IMG/VR virus record: IMGVR_UViG_3300042391_000264 | Length of the DNA stretch: 64,000 bases | Direction: 5' to 3' (one strand) | DNA from: an uncultured virus (IMG/VR IMGVR_UViG_3300042391_000264) | Taxonomy: Duplodnaviria > Heunggongvirae > Uroviricota > Caudoviricetes | Shown: positions 53,875 through 62,732 of the stretch, piece by piece | Layout: each line of letters starts with the position of its first letter | Numbering within the stretch: the stretch's first letter is position 1 | Made by a program: the position numbers and the translations under genes | Notes under the pieces: generated by a model | Databases searched by the model: none | Seen by the model: only the letters and a program-made list of their open reading frames with translations | What the model was told of the DNA's origin: nothing

Positions 53875-56357
53875 TTTTTATCCTTTCTAGTAGACCTAGT
53901 GTCGTACTGGCGCTGTTGCATGGACATTTGAGCGCGATGTTTGGCAGCGTCAATCCCCATACGAACCCCTTCCGACTCCATCTGCTGTTTGAGTTTGTCT
54001 CGCGCAGCGGCTGCTGTTGCCCCCACCTGCATGGCCGCGATCTCTTTCTGAGACTCAATCCGAGCCCGCTCAATCTCAAGCTGATCGGCCTTAGCTGCTG
54101 CCTCGGTCTGCATCTTCTGCTGCTTGAGCTGGAGCTCACCCTGCTTGATCTGGAGTTCTTGCATCTGCATCTGAACAATCGGGTCTTGCATTTGTTGCTG
54201 CGCCTGCTGTTGTTTGGCTTCCTGTTGATCACGCTGCAAGAGAATGGCGGACGCCTTCGCAGACATCATGGCAATCTGATCGGCCATCTCCGGTGAAATT
54301 TCTTTGTTGGCCTCTTCACCCGGCAACGGTGTACCCAACTGCATCTCCACCTGCTTGCGGTACTCAAACGCAATATGCTCGTTGATGTGCGCCATCGCAG
54401 CAGCCTGAATGGCCTGCGCCTGCGGGTTCATCTGCATCAGCTGCATGATCTTCGGATTCTGCATCGCAGCCATGTGGACTTGGATGTGCGCCTCATGGTT
54501 CTGCTGGATGAACGCTTTGACCGGCTTGCCAATCAGCAAGTTCTGATTCTCCTGCACTGGGTCTTGCGGCACCGCATCATCTTCGATCGGCACAAGCTTG
54601 CTCGCGTTCTTGATACCAAGAATCTCAATCATCTGACGGTGCAACACAGGTAGGTTGTACAACTGCGGCGCTGTCTGCGCCAGCTGGAGCACAGCCTGAT
54701 ACTGCACAATCTTCTGCGCCATCGTGGCAGCGTTCGGATCAGACACAGGGATCACGTCCACCATGTCGTAGTCTTCCTTACGGGCGGAGCGACGCGCATC
54801 CACTGGCTCGTAGTCGTAGTCCTCTGGGCAGTAGTCAGCGATGATTACCTTGAGCAGCTTGAACTCCTGCTTCATGGCAAAGTGCAAGCGAGACTGAACA
54901 GCCGTCATCACCTTGAGCGTGCGCTCCAGAATCGCCAGCGTAGTGCCGACCGGAGCTTGCGAGCCCATGTCGCTGACCTTCATATCACCAGAGGAGGCGA
55001 ACGCCCGGCCCTCTTGGACGATGTTCTGGAACAGCGCATACAGAACCTGACTTGGCTCCTTGTACGGCAACGGCAAGATGTTGTCGCGGATTGAACCGCT
55101 TGGCACATCTACATCTCGGAACTCGCCGGGGGCAATCGGTGTGTCATCACCTTTAATGCGAAGCCCGCGTGATTTAAGACCCCCGGGGAGATTTGACAGA
55201 GTGCCTGCATCAACCAATTGGCGGATGAGCATGGTAGCGGACTTAGCGTAACCTCCAATGAGATGGATAAGACCGTATCCGTAGAACCCAAATCCGGGAA
55301 TGTACTGATAGTGAACAAAATGTTGTCGCTTGAGGTGGAGTTTGTCTCCTTCATACCAATTCCTCCGTATGGCCAAGATTTTGTTAGTACCTTTCTCAAC
55401 CGTAATCACGTAAGGTAGGGCGATGCCCGTCATCTCACCCTTCTTATTAGTATGCTCAAACCCCTTGAGGTCCAAGTCCACATTCATTTCTAATAGTCTA
55501 AACCTATCATCATGCAGCGCCGATAGCCCCATCTCTTCGGCCTTCTGCTTCTCAATGTCGTCCAGCTGGTGCGTCGGCTCGCCGATATCTACGTCCATGT
55601 AGAACCCAGCCTCCATGAGCTTAGTGATCTCGTTCTTGGTCTTACGCATAACGTGCGTAACCCGCTCCGCGCCCTCAAGACTCGACGCACCGTAGGGCAC
55701 CACGATATCTTCAGCGGGAATAAACACAGCAACTTGGCGACCCTTGGCCGGATCGTAGTACACCTTCTTGAACGCGCTGCCCGTGATGGGCAACGACCAC
55801 AACATCTTCTCGTGCTCTGGCCGGTACTCAGTCATCACCTCAGTGAGCTGATAGTTCATATCTTCACGAACTCGCGCTGCGGCTTCTTCACGCATGCGGT
55901 CAACAGCGCCAACGATCTGGGTCTTCACCGGGCCTTGCGCCGGGAACGTCTCCATCATCGCTTCGGACTGGAACCGAACAACTGACTCAGTGAGCATAGG
56001 ATGGAACACACCGCAGGCCCCGTTCCAAGGCTCTGTGCGCTCTTCATACTTCAAGCCCAACAACTTCAGGCCATCTACGTAAGTCTGCATCCAGTCTTTA
56101 CGATCGCCGATGTCTTTGTCGAACTCCTCAACCAGCTCAGCACCAAGTGAGTCAATAACATCTGCGTCAATGTACTCAGCCAAGTTGGCATCAAACGTAT
56201 CCGCAGTTTCTTTGGCGGGCTTAAGATCAATCTCAAGACCGTCCATGCCAATACTTACTGACTCCGGGTCTTCGATCTCAATCTCGATCTCCGGCGCAAC
56301 GTTGTCGATCTGGTCAAGACCCTCGGGCGCGGCGTATAAACCTTTGCTGATTGCCAT
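53871..56357 (-). CDS. Portal protein
   Basis: 828 aa after TerL; GSAFKKVYYD, GFYG.G, QL.DAGTL.N motifs; Gln-rich barrel-like tail. Confidence 0.9.
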   Translation of the reverse strand: MAISKGLYAAPEGLDQIDNVAPEIEIEIEDPESVSIGMDGLEIDLKPAKETADTFDANLAEYIDADVIDSLGAELVEEFDKDIGDRKDWMQTYVDGLKLLGLKYEERTEPWNGACGVFHPMLTESVVRFQSEAMMETFPAQGPVKTQIVGAVDRMREEAAARVREDMNYQLTEVMTEYRPEHEKMLWSLPITGSAFKKVYYDPAKGRQVAVFIPAEDIVVPYGASSLEGAERVTHVMRKTKNEITKLMEAGFYMDVDIGEPTHQLDDIEKQKAEEMGLSALHDDRFRLLEMNVDLDLKGFEHTNKKGEMTGIALPYVITVEKGTNKILAIRRNWYEGDKLHLKRQHFVHYQYIPGFGFYGYGLIHLIGGYAKSATMLIRQLVDAGTLSNLPGGLKSRGLRIKGDDTPIAPGEFRDVDVPSGSIRDNILPLPYKEPSQVLYALFQNIVQEGRAFASSGDMKVSDMGSQAPVGTTLAILERTLKVMTAVQSRLHFAMKQEFKLLKVIIADYCPEDYDYEPVDARRSARKEDYDMVDVIPVSDPNAATMAQKIVQYQAVLQLAQTAPQLYNLPVLHRQMIEILGIKNASKLVPIEDDAVPQDPVQENQNLLIGKPVKAFIQQNHEAHIQVHMAAMQNPKIMQLMQMNPQAQAIQAAAMAHINEHIAFEYRKQVEMQLGTPLPGEEANKEISPEMADQIAMMSAKASAILLQRDQQEAKQQQAQQQMQDPIVQMQMQELQIKQGELQLKQQKMQTEAAAKADQLEIERARIESQKEIAAMQVGATAAAARDKLKQQMESEGVRMGIDAAKHRAQMSMQQRQYDTRSTRKDKN

Positions 56358-56366
56358 GTTAATTCC

Positions 56367-57908
56367 TTAAACTGTATAAAAACGTTCGCGCTTATGACTT
56401 TTGAACCAATGAATCTCTTCTGGTTCGTCAATGGGCAAACGAAAAAACCCACCCTGCCTAAATCTCATCAACGCGAGTGTGGTCGCATCAACCAAGTCAT
56501 CGTGCTCACCTGACGGGAACGCTGCGACTTCATCAACCAATTCTTCGGCCCAGCGCGTTCTGGGTATCCATACCTTGCCAGACGCGATTATGTCTGACAC
56601 TGAGTTCAAGCGGGCGATTTTGTCTTGGCCCCTACTTGGCGTGTATTCTTGCACCGGAATCCCCATAGCCCGCAAGTCGTAGATCAGCGGCGCACCAGAC
56701 GCCTTCTTCTCCACAATCAGGGCATCCGGCTCGTAGTCGTTGTACTCTTTGAGCACATCCTTCTTGAGCTCCGGAAACTCCACCCGTTTCTTGTAAGTAT
56801 TTAGTAAGATGATATTTGGCCTATTACCATCCTTGGGGTTATCAAAAACCCCCCACGTCGTGCTGGCGGAATAGTCCGCCCGCTGAGTCTTCTCAAACGC
56901 CGTATCCCAGCTCTGCAAGATAAAGTCACACTGCGGCGGTTCCTCTTCTTCCCACCACTGCCACCAATCGCGCTTAATAATCGCCGCCTCATTACCCACC
57001 GGGTTCTGCTGGTACTGAGCCTGCCACTTGGAGTTGGGCAACTCCTCCTGCAACGCCGACAACTCCTCCAACGACCAGAACTCTGGCCACAGCGGCAAAC
57101 CCGAGGGCATGATGGCCGGGAACTCAATGACTTCCCACTGCTCTCCACCCCTTCCGGCAGCAGCTTTGAGCACCTGCCCGGTCAAATCACGCTGCGCCCA
57201 CCGGGTCATCACGATTACGATCGCCCCTCCCGGCTGCAAACGCTGGCGCGGGCCGGACGTGTACCACTCGTACACCTTATCGAACACATCTGGGTTGGAT
57301 GCAGCTAGCGCAGCCTCCTGCTCAGAGTGCGGATCGTCAATAATCAGCAGGTCAGCGCCCTTACCGGTCACCGTACCGCCCACACCGATCGCAAAATAGT
57401 CGCCGCCCTTGCTGGTATTCCACCGGCCAGCCGCTTTTGAGTCCGCTCGGAGCTCTAAAGCAGGGAAAAGTTCCCTATAAGCCTCCGAGTCCACCAAATT
57501 TCGTACCTTCCGGCCAAAACCTGTCGCTAATTCAGCCGTATTGGAGCTCTGAATCACTTTTTTGTTCGGAAATCTGCCCAGAAACCATGCGGGCAGCAGA
57601 TATGAGGCAAATTCTGACTTGGTATGCCGGGGCGGCATGTTGATAATCAGCCTTTTACACTCCCCGGAGGCCACTCGCTCAAACGCCTTGGCCATAATCT
57701 TGTGGTGACGCCCGCCAATGAAGTCCGGCCACACCTTTTCCACGAATCCCATGTACGTGGTGCGGGCCAACTCCTTCTCCATCATCTTCTCGCGGCGATC
57801 TAAGTCCTCCAAGATCAACATCTTCTTGGCGTCGGGCAACTTATCGAGCTGGCTCAAGAGAAGTTTCATCTCCTCATCAAGCGCCATCGTAGTTTGCTCA
57901 GGTCTCAT
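56367..57908 (-). CDS. terL: Terminase large subunit
   Basis: NMPPRHTKS, LLIIDDP, VMTRW, SWDTA and HDDLVD motifs. Confidence 0.95.
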   Translation of the reverse strand: MRPEQTTMALDEEMKLLLSQLDKLPDAKKMLILEDLDRREKMMEKELARTTYMGFVEKVWPDFIGGRHHKIMAKAFERVASGECKRLIINMPPRHTKSEFASYLLPAWFLGRFPNKKVIQSSNTAELATGFGRKVRNLVDSEAYRELFPALELRADSKAAGRWNTSKGGDYFAIGVGGTVTGKGADLLIIDDPHSEQEAALAASNPDVFDKVYEWYTSGPRQRLQPGGAIVIVMTRWAQRDLTGQVLKAAAGRGGEQWEVIEFPAIMPSGLPLWPEFWSLEELSALQEELPNSKWQAQYQQNPVGNEAAIIKRDWWQWWEEEEPPQCDFILQSWDTAFEKTQRADYSASTTWGVFDNPKDGNRPNIILLNTYKKRVEFPELKKDVLKEYNDYEPDALIVEKKASGAPLIYDLRAMGIPVQEYTPSRGQDKIARLNSVSDIIASGKVWIPRTRWAEELVDEVAAFPSGEHDDLVDATTLALMRFRQGGFFRLPIDEPEEIHWFKSHKRERFYTV

Positions 57909-58656
57909 AAGGCTTTTCCTGCTCGGCGGGCTCGGCGGGCTCAACTTCCTCGACCATAGGCAACTTGAGTCCCAACTCTTCGTCGATGTCGATGTCAATC
58001 GCGCTGGTATTCGCACCATGCGCCAGCAGCATCTTACGCACCTTATCCTTGATGGCCTTATCAAGATCGGCAACTGAGCCGTAGTTGATAGTAATCTCAG
58101 TCTTCTCCGTGAAGAGGCCCACATCGCTGATCTTGCCCAACATCTCTGTGGCCTTGATCTCAATACGCGGGTCGCCACACATAGACAAATCCAACAACTT
58201 GTTGGTAATCACCATACGTAGCTCAGATACATCGGCCACCGTATGGGCGTTGTACTCATTGAGCATGGAGCGGATCCGCTCCGCAACATTGCCTTCATAT
58301 AACTTGGGTGGATTTACGGGCGTGTCCTCGGCCAGCGGATATTTCCTCGGCCTACCGGGCTTGCGCTTAGTCGGCGCTTCGGGGGACATCGCTTCTTCAA
58401 ACTGTTGCTTTGCCTTCTGGGCAAACGCTTGAAACACTTTGTCAGCAACGGCCTGATCGTCAGTGTCTTGCTCGTCTGAGGAAGTAGAGAAACCTGATTC
58501 TTCTAATAAGCTCTGCCCGCTGTGCCCGCGCAGTCCTTCTAGGAGCGCAGCAGTGTCGCCCGCTATCTGCATGTTCTCACGCAAAGTCGTTGCTGCCTCC
58601 GGAACTAGATCGGTAGGTAGCGGCGTTAGTTTGTCTGGCTCAATATGTAGAGTCAT
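57898..58656 (-). CDS. Putative terminase small subunit with AT-hook-like motif
   Basis: Immediately upstream of TerL; KRKPGRPRK; KA.EMLGKISDVGLF.E. Confidence 0.6.
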   Translation of the reverse strand: MTLHIEPDKLTPLPTDLVPEAATTLRENMQIAGDTAALLEGLRGHSGQSLLEESGFSTSSDEQDTDDQAVADKVFQAFAQKAKQQFEEAMSPEAPTKRKPGRPRKYPLAEDTPVNPPKLYEGNVAERIRSMLNEYNAHTVADVSELRMVITNKLLDLSMCGDPRIEIKATEMLGKISDVGLFTEKTEITINYGSVADLDKAIKDKVRKMLLAHGANTSAIDIDIDEELGLKLPMVEEVEPAEPAEQEKPYET

Positions 58657-59122
58657 GGAGGAAAAGTAGGGCACTCCAGTAATGCGCGAAATATAACATA
58701 AAAAATATACTACCCCCCTATAAATTTTTGGGACTCCTACCGGGGGGTGTTTCCGGCAAGTAAAAATAAGTGTGGTCTAGCCGGAAACGAAAGGGGGTGG
58801 GGGGGGTCAACGTATGCACCCAAATTTATCTCGCCCGCTGTGCAAAACACTGTGTATGTTCCGTACCTCCTTTCCGGTGCGAAATAGGGTGGTGGGGTGG
58901 TCTTTCCGGAGCGAAACGATTTTAGTTTGGGGGTATGGCCGGAGAAAGGTCGAATTTTTTTTCGTCAACCTATGCTGAAAGAACCGGAGATTACCATAAG
59001 CTCTCACTATCCTATGCGTTGACATAGGCCATTGACTGCGTTAGTCGCTGTGGGGAATACACCTAAATTCTGTGGGTTTGATATAGTTAATCCATGGACA
59101 GAGCGTTGCGGCTCTGCCCTGA

Positions 59123-59147
59123 ACAAAGGAACATTTTGTCTGTTTGT
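59123..59147. promoter_or_regulatory. 25-bp palindromic box (degenerate, reverse orientation)
   Basis: ACAAAGGAAC-ATTTT-GTCTGTTTGT, flanked by GA/TC. Confidence 0.6.
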
Positions 59148-59185
59148 TCGGCGCTTATGCCAAAACCTTTATTGGAGAAAATGCT

Positions 59186-59857
59186 ATGTCGAAGTCAATC
59201 TCTGCGGCTGTTGCTGCTGTCGTGTCCGCTGATGCGGTCGATATGTTTCAAGGTGAACCTGTGAATTCCTCACTGGTTGAAACGCTTGAACAGTTGGGGC
59301 GTGAATACTGGGCGGCTGAAGATGCCCGCTCGGTGGCTGAAAAGTCACTCGCTAAGTGTGACGTCTCGCTGTTCGATCATGTGAAGGGTTTGAAATACCC
59401 TGATTTTATGTTCGTTCGGAAACTGTTCGTTACTGGTTGCCGTGACAAGGGTGCGCCTACTGATGACGCGGCGGGCAAAGTCTGGGAGCGTGCGGTTGGT
59501 CGCATTGTCAACTCTTGCGGTTTCATTCGGCCTAAGTCTGAATCCAAAGACGCTGAGCGCATTGCGGCAAAGCGGGCGGAAGAGATCAAGAAGTTCGAGA
59601 CAAAATCGACTGGCGAATTGATCGAAGAGAAGCAAGCCATGCTGGCCAAAGGCGATGTCAAATCAATCAAGGCGGCGCAAGCTGTGGCCAAAGAAATCGA
59701 GCGGCGCGAAAAGCCCGCTTTGGAAGCTGTGGTCAAGGACTGTGCGGCTCTGCGTGACAAGTTAATTGCCCGTGCTAAAGAAGTGGCAAAGCTTGGAACC
59801 GATGATTCGGTCGAGTTGTTGATCGCTGCGCTGTCTGCTTTGTCAGTCGAAGCGTAA
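59186..59857 (+). CDS. First early gene, hypothetical helical protein
   Basis: GGAG RBS; 223 aa. Confidence 0.8.
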   Translation: MSKSISAAVAAVVSADAVDMFQGEPVNSSLVETLEQLGREYWAAEDARSVAEKSLAKCDVSLFDHVKGLKYPDFMFVRKLFVTGCRDKGAPTDDAAGKVWERAVGRIVNSCGFIRPKSESKDAERIAAKRAEEIKKFETKSTGELIEEKQAMLAKGDVKSIKAAQAVAKEIERREKPALEAVVKDCAALRDKLIARAKEVAKLGTDDSVELLIAALSALSVEA

Positions 59858-59870
59858 TCGGGGCGGGCAT

Positions 59871-60062
59871 ATGCGTGATATCCATGCTGTGCCCGCCTAC
59901 GGGCGGGATTACAAATCTGCGTCTGCTGTTAAGGCGGACTGGCTAGCGGGGAAAGATTTCCGCTGTGCTTTTACCGGTCGCTACTTAAGCGTTCGGGATG
60001 GTGTGCTTTCCGAAGTCTGGGTTCGCTATGCGAAGCTGGCTAAGTTAGTGCGTGTCAGTTAA
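59871..60062 (+). CDS. Hypothetical early protein
   Basis: PAYGRDYKS...DW..GKDF. Confidence 0.75.
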   Translation: MRDIHAVPAYGRDYKSASAVKADWLAGKDFRCAFTGRYLSVRDGVLSEVWVRYAKLAKLVRVS

Positions 60063-60069
60063 TCTCCTT

Positions 60070-60108
60070 CGGCCTCGTTCGCTTCGGCGTTCGGGGCCGG
60101 TTTTTTTT
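60070..60108 (+). terminator. Rho-independent terminator
   Basis: CGGCCTCG..CGC-TTCG-GCG..CGGGGCCG followed by T8. Confidence 0.75.
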
Positions 60109-60133
60109 GGCCTCGAATCTTTCGGGGCTGGCT

Positions 60134-60294
60134 CGATAGTAGTTATTGTAGCGAGCATCGGGGTAGTTTTATTCTGTATAGCCCGCATAGGATGGTAGCG
60201 AGCATCGGGATAGTCCTGCTCTTGCGCGGCGGGCAGGGTACGGTAGCGCCCGCTATGTTCTTTACGATAGTAGTTACAGGGAGCATCGGGGTAG
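60134..60294. repeat. Three direct repeats GAGCATCGGG[GA]TAG (iteron-like)
   Basis: Copies at 60153, 60200 and 60281; copies 1 and 3 are preceded by CGATAGTAGTTA. Confidence 0.85.
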
Positions 60295-60301
60295 GGTTCG
60301 G

Positions 60302-60326
60302 ACAAAGCGACATAGAGTCGGATTGT
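60302..60326. promoter_or_regulatory. 25-bp palindromic box
   Basis: ACAAAGCGAC-ATAGA-GTCGGATTGT. Confidence 0.8.
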
Positions 60327-60658
60327 CGCCCTTATAGTTTTTAGTTATGACTTGGGGCTCGGTCATAAGCAAAGAGTCTCACAAAGTGCGGGCATCGCTT
60401 AAAAAACAGGCAAAAAAGGCCCTTCTTATATCAAAGCCCGCAACGGGCGCAGCTACCTCGCGAGCATTCGTGCGGGCTTGCCGCTAGTTACGCACCAACA
60501 CCCCACCATAGTTTTATAAACCTCGGACCTCGATTTTGGCCCAATGCTATAAAAGTGCCATTTCGTTCTTTATAGAAAGTAAACGGCAACTTTCCCCTAA
60601 CTCGTTGATTTTGCAGAGGTTTCCTTCATTTTTTCTCTCTTACTTACTTACTATTATA

Positions 60659-60818
60659 AATAATATTTTATAAGAGTGCTTAAACTGTTTACCTGAGTGA
60701 GAGGGTACCCCAACTAAAAATCTAAACATAGAAAAAGATGAGAATAGGATGATTTCACAATTTCTCTTTTTCCTTCTCTCCCTATCCCACCGTATGAGCA
60801 CTCTTATAAAATATTATT
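60659..60818. repeat. Perfect 22-bp inverted repeat flanking an AT-rich segment
   Basis: AATAATATTTTATAAGAGTGCT (60659-60680) and its reverse complement (60797-60818). Confidence 0.9.
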
Positions 60819-60925
60819 AATAAAACCCTCAAAAAAGCTGACAGGTATTGTCAAATGCCCTACTTTGATATACTATGTCGATGGCTTTTATTAATAGCCC
60901 GAGTTTTCAACCCAAGGAGAAAATC

Positions 60926-61705
60926 ATGCCCAAACCCAACGGTCGCCCCCAAAAGTACAAGACCGCCGACGATCTGTTCCACAACTGTGCCCGCCACGAT
61001 GACTGCTACATCTGGCCTGACAAGGTCACGATGACCATGCCCATGCTCGCACCTGCCTCACCGCTGTCTAAATTGTTTGGCACAACCAGCGTTGCCCGCA
61101 TCCTATTCACTGTCTGTAGGTTCCCACCTGCCAGCACACGGGTAGTGCGTTGGTGCAACACACGGTTCTGCGTCAATCCATACCATCACACCGAAGCGGG
61201 CGCGTATGTGAAAGAGCGTCGAGCATCGGATTCGCCCACTGCGCTGTTACCAAGTCAGACGGAAAGCCGACATCTGGTTGCACCACCGGACGAAGTGTTG
61301 GAGACTTTGAAACCAACCGACCCCGTCATCCTGCGTCATCTGGCAGAGACAGCAGCGCGGGCAGGGTTCGACTGTAAGGGTATACCCGACCATCGCCATA
61401 CCAACGCGTTCAAGCCAAAACACATGATCAACGCCGAGACGATTTACGCCGACCCGACTGTCCCTGTGCTGGTGATGCGAAGCATGACGCCCACGCGAGA
61501 CACCGAGCCCGCCGAGCCCGATGAGTTTTCGTTTGACGATATCGAGGCCAAGCTGGACGACATGGTTGCCAAAACGCCTGTCCAAAAGTCGAAAAAGGTT
61601 GAAGTGCAGCAAGTGGACTCTGATGACACAAGTATCTTTGCGGCTATCAGGCGCAGGGAAGAGTGGCTGCGGGCACAGCATCGAAAGACCGAACACGAGG
61701 GTTGA
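60926..61705 (+). CDS. Protein with a degenerate HNH/His-Me finger and acidic C-terminus
   Basis: AAGGAG RBS; DDCYIW...VRWCNTRFCVNPYH. Confidence 0.7.
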   Translation: MPKPNGRPQKYKTADDLFHNCARHDDCYIWPDKVTMTMPMLAPASPLSKLFGTTSVARILFTVCRFPPASTRVVRWCNTRFCVNPYHHTEAGAYVKERRASDSPTALLPSQTESRHLVAPPDEVLETLKPTDPVILRHLAETAARAGFDCKGIPDHRHTNAFKPKHMINAETIYADPTVPVLVMRSMTPTRDTEPAEPDEFSFDDIEAKLDDMVAKTPVQKSKKVEVQQVDSDDTSIFAAIRRREEWLRAQHRKTEHEG

Positions 61706-61717
61706 AACGCGAACAGC

Positions 61718-61749
61718 TACTTGACATTGTCAAGTATGTGTGGTACAAT
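61718..61749 (+). promoter_or_regulatory. Strong sigma70-like promoter with palindromic -35
   Basis: TTGACA-17 nt-TACAAT with extended TG; TACTTGACA-T-TGTCAAGTA. Confidence 0.85.
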
Positions 61750-61806
61750 GTACTCTAGGTACATTGATAAGACAGACAGTAATATCTCTGTATCTAGCGG
61801 CAACAG

Positions 61807-61831
61807 ACATTCCGTCATGTTGTCTGTTTGT
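61807..61831. promoter_or_regulatory. 25-bp palindromic box (reverse orientation)
   Basis: ACATTCCGTC-ATGTT-GTCTGTTTGT. Confidence 0.65.
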
Positions 61832-61853
61832 TCAACCTTTATTGGAGTAATGT

Positions 61854-62069
61854 ATGACACAAGATGATCTCGATGTTCACCACAAGAGTGTGTGCGACGC
61901 AGTGCAGCTATGGGCAGATGGCCTTATTACCGACCTTGAGTTCTCCGTGCTCATGGCCGAAGACCGCAAAGCCTTGCCCGCCGATGCAAACCCTGCGGGC
62001 TTGATTGACCCCAACACGGGTCTGCTCTATCCAACCAAGCGAGGAGCACCAAATGTTTACCAATACTGA
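61854..62069 (+). CDS. Hypothetical early protein
   Basis: GGAG RBS. Confidence 0.7.
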   Translation: MTQDDLDVHHKSVCDAVQLWADGLITDLEFSVLMAEDRKALPADANPAGLIDPNTGLLYPTKRGAPNVYQY

Positions 62070-62148
62070 ACGCCTTGTCCGTGTGACTGTGATGGTGATT
62101 GCAGTCATCGTTGTGCTTCTTGACCTATTCGTATGGAGGCCACAATGA
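62053..62148 (+). CDS. 31-aa membrane peptide
   Basis: Hand-translated MFTNTERLVRVTVMVIAVIVVLLDLFVWRPQ; GAGGAG RBS. Confidence 0.65.
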   Translation: MFTNTERLVRVTVMVIAVIVVLLDLFVWRPQ

Positions 62149-62423
62149 GTAGCAAGTGGAGACACCTTGACAGCCAACTGGTAGCTGCCTTGATAACTTT
62201 CATGGCAGCACGGGAGACTGTAGCCGAGTATCCACCGCACCGTGAAGACTGGATTGACTCCATGATGTACAGCTTGCTCTTTGGTACACCCGAGGAAATC
62301 TACCGCACGCAAGTCGCTGCCACGAAAGAGGCTGAGGAAGCGGGTCGTCCGTTCACGCCTGTGTTCTGGACGGCAACCGAGTTCGGCGCTGAACCTGTGC
62401 TTACTCTTTGGAGAATCAAATGA
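62145..62423 (+). CDS. Hypothetical early protein
   Basis: GGAGG RBS; ATGA coupling. Confidence 0.7.
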   Translation: MSSKWRHLDSQLVAALITFMAARETVAEYPPHREDWIDSMMYSLLFGTPEEIYRTQVAATKEAEEAGRPFTPVFWTATEFGAEPVLTLWRIK

Positions 62424-62680
62424 GATACCTAGCTAGAGAATACGATGTCGATGACAGCACGGACTTCCGTGACTGTGGGTTGTGCGGAGACGATGTTCAC
62501 ATCACCCGTTGGCGACTCGGCTATCACACATGCCACACCTGTGGCGACAAGATTGCGACTGATGCCCGCCGTGTGTGGTGCGTCGTGCAAGAGTACGGGA
62601 AAGGGCCGTATCAGTTAGTGACCCAAGCGTCTGCACCAAGGACTCTGAAAGACACTAATCAAAAGTCCCCTCGATCATGA
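62420..62680 (+). CDS. C4 zinc-finger protein (DksA/TraR-like spacing)
   Basis: CGLCGDDV...R...GYHTCHTCG. Confidence 0.65.
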   Translation: MRYLAREYDVDDSTDFRDCGLCGDDVHITRWRLGYHTCHTCGDKIATDARRVWCVVQEYGKGPYQLVTQASAPRTLKDTNQKSPRS

Positions 62681-62704
62681 CAAACCGACATGGTGTCGGA
62701 TTGT
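62680..62704. promoter_or_regulatory. 25-bp palindromic box upstream of MoxR
   Basis: ACAAACCGAC-ATGGT-GTCGGATTGT. Confidence 0.85.
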
Positions 62705-62732
62705 TCTACCTGTTTTATTAAGGAAAATCTAA

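Noticed and set aside
57908..58178. N-terminal extension of TerL or a frameshift fusion with TerS
   Set aside because: The extension simply overlaps the upstream gene in another frame; starts at 57908 or slightly downstream give a normal-sized TerL, and no slippery site was evident.
60134..60326. Mini-CRISPR array
   Set aside because: The repeat core is only 14-19 bp with irregular spacing (47 and 81 nt), and there is no cas operon.
58680..60870. tRNA genes in the non-coding gaps
   Set aside because: No cloverleaf with a canonical T-loop and acceptor stem was found by eye.
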